Part shown: piece by piece, positions 1-8,264 of the stretch
Numbering within the stretch: the stretch's first letter is position 1
Layout of the letters: each line of letters begins with the position of its first letter
NCBI GenBank assembly: GCA_037445065.1
Contig: JBBILD010000025.1
Location: 1 to 54,252, forward strand
Direction of reading: 5' to 3'
From: Myxococcales bacterium
GTDB taxonomy: Bacteria; Desulfobacterota; Binatia; HRBIN30
DNA: 54,252 nucleotides
The notes under the pieces: generated by a model
Databases searched by the model: none
Told to the model about the DNA's origin: nothing
What the model saw: only the letters and a program-made list of their open reading frames with translations
Made by a program: the position numbers and the translations under genes

Positions 1-1
1 G

Positions 2-1987
2 CGCGTCGTCCTCACAACACTTCTGTCGCTGGCTTTTTTCCAGCCTCTGCCCGTACAGGCCACGGTGTGGACTGTGAACTCCACGAACGACTTGCCCGAC
101 GCCCAGCCTGGGGACGGCGTGTGTGCGGCTTCCAACGGAGCCTGCACACTTCGAGCCGCGGTACAGGAAGCCAATGCTTCGCGTGGCGAGGACGTGATTC
201 AAGTGCCCAGTCTGCAGCCTCGTTTTCGCTTGTTGATTGCCGGTGACGGGGAAGAAGAAGCAGCAACTGGGGACCTAGATCTCACCGACAATGTCGTGCT
301 GGAAGGGAATGGACCTGGGGTGACCACCATTGACGGGAATTTGCTCGACCGAGTTTTTGATGTCTTCCCGCCCGCCACCGTCACGATGCGGAACCTCGTC
401 ATCCAGAATGGCAACGTCGGCGCTGGCGGAGGAGGCATCCGAAACCGAGCGAGCCTGCGCCTGGAAAGTGTGACGATTCAGATGAACACAGTGACCGCAG
501 GCGCAGGGGGCGGCGTCGCCAACCTGCCTGGGGGGCAACTGGTCGCGTTGAACTCCACGTTCTATGGCAACGACGCCGCGACGAACGGCCAAGGAGGTGG
601 ACTCGCCAACCTCAATGACGCAGTCGCCGACTTGGAAAGCGTGACCATTCTCAACAACATCGCTAGTGCCGGGGGCGGCATTCACAACCTGGGCGAGCTG
701 CGAATGCACAACACGATCGTCGCCGGCAGCGCTTTGGGAGGAAACTGTGCAGGGCGCCCGGTTTTGTCTCTGGGCTTTAACCTCGACTCCGGCACAACTT
801 GCCTTCTAGATCGAGACTCCGATTTGAGCAGCGCCGACCCGCGACTTTCCTTGCCGGCTTTCAACGGCGGCCGTTCTTTGACCGCGGCCTTGCAGGCGGG
901 GAGCATCGCGATCGATGCAGGCGACCCGGAGAACTGTCCTTTGGTGGATCAACGCGGCTTCCCGAGACCAGCGGACGGGAACAACGACGGCATTGCGCGC
1001 TGCGATATCGGTGCCTTCGAAGTGAACCCGCCGACACCCACTCCCACCATCACGAGGACTTTTACGCCCACGGTTCCGACTGCCACACCAACGTTGTCAC
1101 CGAGCGCGCCCCCACCCTCTCCCACCGCGACATTGACGCCTCTCCCACCGTCGCCGACTTCTACGCCCACGCGCTCTTTCACACCAACCGGTTCTCCCCC
1201 GCCGTTGGAACCCTCTCCTACCCCTACGGCTGCTGCCACCACGACCTTCACGCCTACGGTTGGATTCCCGCGCTTGGAGGCTGACAGTGTAGCTGGCTTC
1301 CCAGGGCAGGTAGTGAGCTTCGCAGTCCGACTCGCTGAGGCACCACGGGGCATCGCGGCTGCGCAAGCGGTGGTTCATTTCGACGCGGAGTTCGCTCCGG
1401 TGCGGCCCTTGCCCGACGGCTCCCCGGACTGCGAACCGAATCCCTCGCTCGAGCGCAGCTTCCTGGCTCAGTATCAGCCGAGCGGCTGCACGGGCACGAG
1501 TTGTACCGCTGCGAAGGTCTTTCTCTTTCCTGAGCAACCATTATTCGAGGCCATTCCGCCCGGCACGGTGTTGTGGATTTGCACGGTGGCAATTTCACCG
1601 ACAGCGCCGCCTGGAGCATACGCGCTGACGCTTACTGAAATCAGCCTCGTAGACGCCGAGGGTGAGGACCTGACAAACGTGCAGGCGGGCCATGGCGCCA
1701 TCCTGGTGGTGATTCCGACACCCACCTTGACAGCGACGACATCGCCAACGCCGACCGCCACCGACACCCCCACGCCGATTCCGACGCCAACCCCACCATG
1801 CAGCGGCGACTGCAACGGAGATGGCGAGGTGACGGTGGATGAGTTGATCGTCCTGGTCAACATCGCGTTGGGCACGCAACCGGCAGCCGCTTGCCCACCA
1901 GGGGACCGCGATGGAGACGGGTCTGTCACTATTGATGAGATCGTGCTCGCAGTAAGGCTAGCGCTCGAGGGATGCCCGCTTTCGTAA
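2..1987 (+). CDS. Secreted CSLREA/choice-of-anchor-Q beta-helix protein with Pro/Thr linkers, cohesin-like domain and C-terminal dockerin/EF-hand-like domain (5' partial)
   Basis: The frame is open from base 2 (RVVLTTLLSLAFFQPLPVQA-TVWTVNST, signal-peptide-like), so the true start lies off-window. Motifs: CTLRAAVQEAN, GGGI/GGGL repeats, DQRGFPRP..CDIGAFE, PT-rich linkers, and CSGDCNGDGEVTVDELIVLVNIALG..GDRDGDGSVTIDEI at the C-terminus. Confidence 0.85.
   Translation, partial: RVVLTTLLSLAFFQPLPVQATVWTVNSTNDLPDAQPGDGVCAASNGACTLRAAVQEANASRGEDVIQVPSLQPRFRLLIAGDGEEEAATGDLDLTDNVVLEGNGPGVTTIDGNLLDRVFDVFPPATVTMRNLVIQNGNVGAGGGGIRNRASLRLESVTIQMNTVTAGAGGGVANLPGGQLVALNSTFYGNDAATNGQGGGLANLNDAVADLESVTILNNIASAGGGIHNLGELRMHNTIVAGSALGGNCAGRPVLSLGFNLDSGTTCLLDRDSDLSSADPRLSLPAFNGGRSLTAALQAGSIAIDAGDPENCPLVDQRGFPRPADGNNDGIARCDIGAFEVNPPTPTPTITRTFTPTVPTATPTLSPSAPPPSPTATLTPLPPSPTSTPTRSFTPTGSPPPLEPSPTPTAAATTTFTPTVGFPRLEADSVAGFPGQVVSFAVRLAEAPRGIAAAQAVVHFDAEFAPVRPLPDGSPDCEPNPSLERSFLAQYQPSGCTGTSCTAAKVFLFPEQPLFEAIPPGTVLWICTVAISPTAPPGAYALTLTEISLVDAEGEDLTNVQAGHGAILVVIPTPTLTATTSPTPTATDTPTPIPTPTPPCSGDCNGDGEVTVDELIVLVNIALGTQPAAACPPGDRDGDGSVTIDEIVLAVRLALEGCPLS
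1028..1258 (+). repeat. Low-complexity Pro/Thr/Ser linker coding region
   Basis: Translates to PPTPTPTITRTFTPTVPTATPTLSPSAPPPSPT...; a second shorter PT tract lies near 1712-1797. Confidence 0.8.
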
Positions 1988-1999
1988 GGAGGTGTTTCG

Positions 2000-2422
2000 A
2001 TGGCAAGTGTGTTTTCCCGCATCATTGCTGGGGAGCTGCCGGCCCGGTTCGTGTGGAAGGATCACCAATGCGTCGCTTTCCTGTCGATTCATCCGCTGCG
2101 TCCGGGGCACACCTTGGTGGTGCCACGCGAAGAGATCGACCATTGGCTGGATCTACCCCAGCCTTTGCTGAATCATCTCGTCGGCGTAGCGCAAAAGATC
2201 GGGCAAGGCCTACAGCTCGCCTTCAACCCAGCAAAGGTGGGACTGATGCTGGCCGGCCTCGAAGTGCCGCACGTACATTTTCATGTCGTACCAATTGATT
2301 CGGTTCACGACTTGGATTTTGCGCGCCAGGACTTGAACCCGCGCCCAGAAGATTTGGATCGTGCCGCAGACCAGATCCGTGCCGCCCTGCGCTCGCTGGG
2401 CTTGGCCCAGGTGGCGGAATGA
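2000..2422 (+). CDS. HIT family hydrolase
   Basis: SVFSRIIAGELP N-terminus, GHTLVVP and the HVHFH histidine triad; AGGAGG RBS upstream. Confidence 0.92.
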   Translation: MASVFSRIIAGELPARFVWKDHQCVAFLSIHPLRPGHTLVVPREEIDHWLDLPQPLLNHLVGVAQKIGQGLQLAFNPAKVGLMLAGLEVPHVHFHVVPIDSVHDLDFARQDLNPRPEDLDRAADQIRAALRSLGLAQVAE

Positions 2423-2599
2423 CAGGTCCAACAGGTAGCTCTCGGCGGCTGGACTGCTCCGCTTCCTGATCTGGGCAAGCCCAGCGCGACGGAAAGGACC
2501 GTCGCCTTCCTCCTCGCGCGGCTCCGGGTACAAGCGCAGGTTCTGCTGTGCTTGAGGCGGCGGTGGTGCTGCCGCCCTCAGCGCGCGCCTACGCGAAAA

Positions 2600-4084
2600 T
2601 CACTTGCCGTACTTGGTGAGCGTCATCGAGTCGAACAGGCGTGGATCGAGTGGCACGCGCCGGTATGCGGGGGCCTGCGGGTCTGCCCGCAAGCCGCCCA
2701 AGGTCGCCCGTTCCATCTTGATGTTCTCCGCTGCTGCCCAGATCATGGTGCTCGCCGGAAGCCACTCTGGATCCTTCGGGTCTCCGGCCATGTGATTCAC
2801 ACGAGCCTGCATCTGGTAATTGTGGACGAGTTCACCGTTCCAGGAGAACTTCCGGTTCCAGGCCCCATCCCAGGTTTCGGCGTCGATCCAAAGTTCGATG
2901 CGGCCGTACAAGTAGTACTTGTCGCGCGGGATCGCCTCGATGATCCACATGGGGCGCTTGGCGAGCGCGGAGTCCGTGGGTGCCCAAGGAACGCCTTTCC
3001 AACCGGGGAGGTTGTAACCTACGGTCGGCGGGTTGAGGTCGGTCAGGATATTCCATCCTCCGCCAGGCGCTGGGGGAATCGGGATGGGCCCGCTGACCGC
3101 ATTCGGATCTACGAAGCGAAGCGCGTCCTTTTTTCCAATCAGACGCCACTGGAAGTCCTCCGGCTTGCCGTCGAAAAAGAAACCATCATCGCCACTAATA
3201 TCCGAGCCTAAGTAACCGTCAGAGCGGTTGGCCGGGCTTACCGCGCGCACGCGCCGGAGCGCCGGAACGAAGGCCCACACCGAATCGCGCTTGCCTGGGT
3301 CGCGGTAACGCCAAGTTAGTGAAGCCGTGCCTTGGAGATCCGCAGGAGACAACGTGACGCCGAGAAACTGACTTTGGATCCCGAGGGGGTTTGGCTTTCG
3401 GTATTTCGGAGGGACTCCGTCGTAAAATTCGAACCAGCCATTCGCTACGATCCCTCGATCCAAGCCGCGGCGGCTGGTCATGGCAACGAGCGTTCGGTTG
3501 TAGCTGGAGCCCCCGTACCAGTACGCTAGGAACTGGTTCCAGGCGATTTTCACACCGGCTTTCGGGTCCTTGGGGTCAATGATCGGGAACGGAATGCCGT
3601 AGTAAAAGTCGGGCTGTTTCCCTGTGCCCTTCTCGACAATGGTTCCGCGCTCATCCACGTCCAACTGGCCAGCGTTCTTCTCGGTCGCCTCCAGGAACGA
3701 TTTCTCCCACCTCGCGGTTCCGACTGGGTAGGAGACGATTTTGTTTCGGTACTCTCCTTTCGCGTAGTGCTGGTAGATCTCCTCGGGCAACAGGTCCTTT
3801 GCGAGATGCGCGTTCGACTCGGTCAGAATATCCCCGACCTTCAACCCCGGCGCGACTTCCTCCGTTGCCAGTGCGGAATGTGTGCTCAGAAAAACACTGC
3901 TGCAGAGCAGTGCCGCGAGCAACACGCTGCTGTGGCTGCGGCCCTGCCGCCCTTCGCGCGAATGCCTCTGCCATGGCTGGCTCATCTCGTCGGTCAACGC
4001 GTATGCTTTTCCTTGCTCCATTTGGAACGGCTCCTCCCCAGACAAGAGTTTTTGCGTCTTGCTTGCGGCTCCTTCCCAACCCAT
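2600..4084 (-). CDS. DUF1329-like periplasmic/exported protein
   Basis: Motifs GIPFP..DP.AG..IAWN, W.F.PALRRVR and KYYLYG..LWID. The signal-like segment VLLAALLCSSVFLSTHSALA suggests the real start is ATG 3985. Confidence 0.75.
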   Translation of the reverse strand: MGWEGAASKTQKLLSGEEPFQMEQGKAYALTDEMSQPWQRHSREGRQGRSHSSVLLAALLCSSVFLSTHSALATEEVAPGLKVGDILTESNAHLAKDLLPEEIYQHYAKGEYRNKIVSYPVGTARWEKSFLEATEKNAGQLDVDERGTIVEKGTGKQPDFYYGIPFPIIDPKDPKAGVKIAWNQFLAYWYGGSSYNRTLVAMTSRRGLDRGIVANGWFEFYDGVPPKYRKPNPLGIQSQFLGVTLSPADLQGTASLTWRYRDPGKRDSVWAFVPALRRVRAVSPANRSDGYLGSDISGDDGFFFDGKPEDFQWRLIGKKDALRFVDPNAVSGPIPIPPAPGGGWNILTDLNPPTVGYNLPGWKGVPWAPTDSALAKRPMWIIEAIPRDKYYLYGRIELWIDAETWDGAWNRKFSWNGELVHNYQMQARVNHMAGDPKDPEWLPASTMIWAAAENIKMERATLGGLRADPQAPAYRRVPLDPRLFDSMTLTKYGK

Positions 4085-4111
4085 GAGGCCCCCTGCTTAG
4101 CATCAAGATTC

Positions 4112-4134
4112 TTGACAAACAAACGTTAGTTGGA
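4112..4134 (+). promoter_or_regulatory. Sigma70-type -35 box with adjacent palindromic operator (copy 1)
   Basis: TTGACA (4112-4117) is followed directly by AACAAACGTTAGTT; 22/23 identical to 10118-10140. It lies between divergent genes. Confidence 0.75.
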
Positions 4135-4149
4135 ATACATGCTCGCGCC

Positions 4150-4614
4150 ATGCGCATCCAAGACTTCGATACCGCACCGCTCACGCAGCGACAGATTCTC
4201 GAATTCACGTACAAGCATTCCACTGGGCCAGTTGTGGGGCGGTTCCTTGCCGCACTGAAGGAACAGAAGCAAATCTGGGGGCAACGTGTGGCTGGCGGGG
4301 CAGTTGTCGTGCCGCCGTTGGGGTATTCCGAATGGGATGCGAGCACGGCCAAGGAATGGGTTCCCGTTGCGGACGAGGGAACGGTTGTCGGGATTGCCCG
4401 CGTGCGCCAGCCGGTGGAAAGGTTGCACCCGTTCACCGAGCCGTTTGCATACATTCTGGTGCGGCTCGACGGTGCCGATACCGCACTCTTGCACGTGACG
4501 CGCGCAGACTGGGAGCGGGTGGAAATCGGGTCGCGGGTGCGAGCGGTGTGGAAGCCCGATGGCGAACGGGCCGGCAGTATTCTCGATATCGCCGAGTTTC
4601 GCCTCGTCGAGTGA
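4150..4614 (+). CDS. OB-fold (DUF35/ChsH2-like) acyl-CoA-binding protein, Rv3521 N-half-like
   Basis: FLAALKE, VVVPP, GTVV and PFAYILVRLDGADTALLH..RVRAVW; Zn-ribbon cysteines are absent. Confidence 0.85.
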   Translation: MRIQDFDTAPLTQRQILEFTYKHSTGPVVGRFLAALKEQKQIWGQRVAGGAVVVPPLGYSEWDASTAKEWVPVADEGTVVGIARVRQPVERLHPFTEPFAYILVRLDGADTALLHVTRADWERVEIGSRVRAVWKPDGERAGSILDIAEFRLVE

Positions 4615-4642
4615 GACGGCGAGCAAGGAGGAAGATCGCCAA

Positions 4643-5152
4643 ATGCCTGCATTTACAGAACCACCGACAGAACCGATCAAATACGTGGACGCTCATGTCT
4701 GGCTCCCGTACGATTACGTGGCGGGAGATTATCGCGCAGCGTACCTGCGGGCGTTGAAGGAAAAGCGCATCCTCGGTTCGCGTTGCGACCGTACGGGGAA
4801 GGTATTTGTACCACCGGTGTCCTTCTCGCCGCACGCCTTTGCGCCTTGTTCGGAGTTGGTCGAAGTGGCCGATCGCGGCACGGTCACGACCTTTTGCATC
4901 GTGAACATCCCGGTCATTGGGCGCAACCTCGAGCTGCCCTACGTTGCCGCATCCGTGGCCTTGGACGGTGCCGATATCTCGATCTTTGCGCTGATCCAGG
5001 AGTGCAAGCCGGAGGAAGTGCGCATGGGCATGCGCGTCGAGGCAGTGTGGAAGCCAGACGGGGAACGCCACGGGGACCACGAGGACATTCAGTACTTTCG
5101 CCCCACCGGTGAACCAGACGCGCCTCCAGAAACGTATTTGCACAGACTGTAG
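4643..5152 (+). CDS. OB-fold (DUF35/ChsH2-like) protein, Rv3521 C-half-like
   Basis: Start MPAFTE after an AAGGAGG RBS; GKVFVPP, DRGTVTTFCIVNIP, PYVAASVALDGAD, VRMGMRVEAVW. Confidence 0.87.
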   Translation: MPAFTEPPTEPIKYVDAHVWLPYDYVAGDYRAAYLRALKEKRILGSRCDRTGKVFVPPVSFSPHAFAPCSELVEVADRGTVTTFCIVNIPVIGRNLELPYVAASVALDGADISIFALIQECKPEEVRMGMRVEAVWKPDGERHGDHEDIQYFRPTGEPDAPPETYLHRL

Positions 5153-5159
5153 GAGTTCG

Positions 5160-6281
5160 ATGACACAGCTTCGAAACGTTGCGATTGTGAGTTTTGCCCA
5201 GCTGCCGGTCGTCGCCCGCGACGAACACCGGACCGCCATGGAGATGCTCAGTCCGGTGGTGCAGGCCGCCCTGGCAGCCTGCGGTGCCAGCCGGGACGAC
5301 ATTGACTACCAGATTGCCGGCTCCACGGATTACATGGACGGGCGCCCTTTTGGCTTTGTCGCGGCTCTCGATGCCATGGGTTCCTGGCCCCCTCGGCACG
5401 ACAACCATTTCGAAATGGACGCGGCATTCTGCGCTTACTACGCGTGGGTCCGAATGCAAGCGGGTGAGTGTGACACCGCGCTGGTGGTGGCGCATGGGAA
5501 GGTTTCCGAAGGCGAGCCACGGCGGATCATGAATCTCCAACTCGACCCGTATTACCAGGCGCCCCTCGGCCTGGATCCGGTTGCTTCCGCTGCACTGCAA
5601 GCGAGCATGGTGATGGCGCGCTTACAACTCTCCGACCGCGACCTTGCCGAGGTTGCGGCGCGGAACCGTTGCGCAGGAGCGAAAAACCCCGACAACCTCG
5701 TGCGCGAAGCTGCTTCGCCCGAGCAGTTGGCGGCCACGCCGTTCGTGGTGGATCCCTTGCGCGCGGCCTACCTGCCAGCGATTGGAGAGACCGCGTCGTG
5801 CCTGGTTCTTGCCGCCGAAGGGAAGGCGGAACGCATGTGCGAGCGGCCGGTCTGGATCCACGGCGCGCACCACATCTCCGAGCTGCAAAGCTTGGGGGCG
5901 CGCGACTTGTCGCGCAGCGAGAGCACTCGGCTTGCGGCGCAACGTGCATTAGCGATGGCGGGCCTCGACCGTGCCGACCAAGCGGACCTAGTAGAACTGT
6001 CCGCTGCGACTCCGGCCGAAGAGTGGATCGTATGCGAGGCTCTCGGCCTCGATCCGAGGTCTTCCACACCTGTCCTCAATCCCTCCGGCGGACCGCTGTG
6101 CGCCCATCCGATCATGAACACGGGCTTGATTCGCTTGGGTGAGGTGTTTCGGCAGCTCTCCGGCCAAGCTGGGGAGCGGGCCGTGCCCGGAGCCGAACGT
6201 GCCGTCGCGCATGCGACTCAAGGGCACTGCCTGCAGACGAACCTGGTGTTCGTCTTGGGCTCACAGAGGAGGTGGTCATGA
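5160..6281 (+). CDS. ltp4: Thiolase-fold (SCP2-type) lipid-transfer protein, Ltp4-like aldolase subunit
   Basis: GSTDYMDGRPFGF, HFEMDAA, LQLDPY and NPSGG..GLIRLGE resemble actinobacterial Ltp4. Start ATG 5160 follows AGGAG. Confidence 0.8.
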   Translation: MTQLRNVAIVSFAQLPVVARDEHRTAMEMLSPVVQAALAACGASRDDIDYQIAGSTDYMDGRPFGFVAALDAMGSWPPRHDNHFEMDAAFCAYYAWVRMQAGECDTALVVAHGKVSEGEPRRIMNLQLDPYYQAPLGLDPVASAALQASMVMARLQLSDRDLAEVAARNRCAGAKNPDNLVREAASPEQLAATPFVVDPLRAAYLPAIGETASCLVLAAEGKAERMCERPVWIHGAHHISELQSLGARDLSRSESTRLAAQRALAMAGLDRADQADLVELSAATPAEEWIVCEALGLDPRSSTPVLNPSGGPLCAHPIMNTGLIRLGEVFRQLSGQAGERAVPGAERAVAHATQGHCLQTNLVFVLGSQRRWS

Positions 6282-7429
6282 AGCGAGCTGTGGCGGTGGT
6301 CGGAGTAGGCCAGACGCACCACGCTTCTCGGCGCTCTGATGTGAACATTCCCGGCCTGATCCGCGAGGCGGTGGACCGTGCGCTCTTGGATGCTGGGCTC
6401 GATCATTCTGACATTGACGCCGTCGTCCTCGGGAAGGCCCCCGACATGCTCGAGGGCGTGGCGCAGCCCGAGCAGTTCCTGGTTGGTGCTCTGGGTGCGC
6501 ATCTGAAGCCCATGCTACGCGTGCACACCGCTGGTTCGGTGGGAGCCACGACCGCGATCACCGCGGCCACGCACGTTGCTTCAGGGCTGTACGAGCGGGT
6601 CCTTGCCGTCGCGTTCGAGAAGCAGTCGGAGGGCAACGCCATGTGGGCGTTGTCCCCAAATTTACCGTTTACGCCGCCGCTGGTGGCCGGCGCCGGCGGG
6701 TTTTTTGCCCCCTACTGCCGCGCCTACATCACGCGCAGCAAAGCCCCCTTACACATTGGGCCGCTCACGGTGGTCAACGCGCGCGAAAATGCTTCTCGGA
6801 ATGAGTACGCTCATTTGCGCGAGCGCGTGACGATCGAGCAAGTCATGGAGACGCCGATGTTATGGGACCCGATCCGCTTTGGCGAGACCTGCCCCTCCTC
6901 TGATGGCGCGATTGCTTTGGTCCTGGCATCGGAAGATTTGGCCAAGAAAGGCCCGCGCAAACCGGCCTGGATCAAGGCAGGCTTCTCGTTGGCAGAGGCC
7001 ATGTGGGTGCCGGGGCGCGACCAGGTGAGCCCGCGCGCGGGCGCCGAGTGTGCCCGCCTTTGTTACGAGCGCGCCGGGATTACCGACCCGTGGAACGAGA
7101 TTGACACGGCTGAAATTTACGTCCCCTTCTCGTGGTTCGAAGCCATGTGGCTCGAGAACTTGGGTTTCTGTGCCGAAGGTGAAGGGTGGAAGGCGATTGA
7201 TCGCGGCGACACCCGCTTTGATGGACACCTGCCCATCAACCCTTCCGGCGGCGTGCTTTGCACGAACCCCATTGGTGCCTCCGGGATGATTCGACTCGGC
7301 GAAGCTGCCCTGCAAGTCATGGGGCGTGCAGGCGAGCATCAAGTGGAGGGCGCCAAGGTTGCGCTCGGGCACGCTTACGGGGGCGGGGCGCAGTATTTCG
7401 CCATGTGGATCGTGAGCGGCGAACTTTGA
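6278..7429 (+). CDS. ltp3: Thiolase-fold protein, Ltp3-like aldolase subunit
   Basis: GKAPDMLEGV, RVHTAGSVG, EKQSEGNAMWALS, ETCPSSDGA, EIYVPFSWFE and GHAYGGGAQYF; ATGA overlap with the upstream gene. Confidence 0.85.
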   Translation: MKRAVAVVGVGQTHHASRRSDVNIPGLIREAVDRALLDAGLDHSDIDAVVLGKAPDMLEGVAQPEQFLVGALGAHLKPMLRVHTAGSVGATTAITAATHVASGLYERVLAVAFEKQSEGNAMWALSPNLPFTPPLVAGAGGFFAPYCRAYITRSKAPLHIGPLTVVNARENASRNEYAHLRERVTIEQVMETPMLWDPIRFGETCPSSDGAIALVLASEDLAKKGPRKPAWIKAGFSLAEAMWVPGRDQVSPRAGAECARLCYERAGITDPWNEIDTAEIYVPFSWFEAMWLENLGFCAEGEGWKAIDRGDTRFDGHLPINPSGGVLCTNPIGASGMIRLGEAALQVMGRAGEHQVEGAKVALGHAYGGGAQYFAMWIVSGEL

Positions 7430-7446
7430 CAACGTGGGAGGACGTG

Positions 7447-8259
7447 ATGGCAGCGCCAGCAGTGTTGTTCGAGAAACAAGACGGGATCGCCTGGGTGACC
7501 ATGAACCGCCCGGAGGTGCGCAATGCGATCAACCCAGAGATGCTCTGTCGCCTCGCCGACGCATGGGAGGAGATCAATGCTGACCCGAACATCCGCGTTG
7601 CTGTGCTCACTGGAGCTGGAGAGCAGGCCTTTTGCGCCGGGGCAGACTTGAACAAGCTCGTTCGTATGATGCAGGGGCTACGGCCTCCGGAGACCGAGTA
7701 TGACGAGCGGATCCGCAACGACGTGAGCATCATTTATAAGGGGCTGTTGCGCAACTACCGCGTGCACAAGCCGTTGATTGCGGCGGTGCGCGGCTACTGC
7801 ATCGCTGGGGGTACCGAACTGCTGACCACCACTGACATCCGCATCGCGAGTGAGGACGCGCGCTTCGGTTTGGCGGAGGTCAAATGGAGCTTGTTTCCGA
7901 TGGGCGGTTCGACGGTTCGCTTGCCTCGGCAAATTCCGTACTGTTACGCGATGGAGATCTTGCTCACAGGCGAGCAGTTCTCGGCCGCCGACGCGCTCCG
8001 CATGGGGCTCATCAACAAGGTGGTGCCAGCCGATCAGGTACTCCCCGAAGCGAGACGCTATGCGGAGATCATTCGCGACAACGGCCCACTAGCCGTTCAA
8101 GCCGTCAAGCGATCGGTCGTCGAAGGGCTCGATTTGCCGAGCGAGAAAGCCCTCGAACGGGAACTCGAGTTGGGAATTCCGGTGTCTATGTCTGACGACT
8201 GTAAAGAAGGCACCCGCGCCTTCAACGAGAAGCGCAAGCCTGTGTTTCACGGCCGCTGA
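7447..8259 (+). CDS. Enoyl-CoA hydratase/crotonase, EchA19-like
   Basis: TMNRPEVRNA, FCAGADL, IAGGTEL, EVKWSLFPMGGSTVRLPRQIPY, NGPLAVQA. Confidence 0.9.
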   Translation: MAAPAVLFEKQDGIAWVTMNRPEVRNAINPEMLCRLADAWEEINADPNIRVAVLTGAGEQAFCAGADLNKLVRMMQGLRPPETEYDERIRNDVSIIYKGLLRNYRVHKPLIAAVRGYCIAGGTELLTTTDIRIASEDARFGLAEVKWSLFPMGGSTVRLPRQIPYCYAMEILLTGEQFSAADALRMGLINKVVPADQVLPEARRYAEIIRDNGPLAVQAVKRSVVEGLDLPSEKALERELELGIPVSMSDDCKEGTRAFNEKRKPVFHGR

Positions 8260-8264
8260 GTCCG

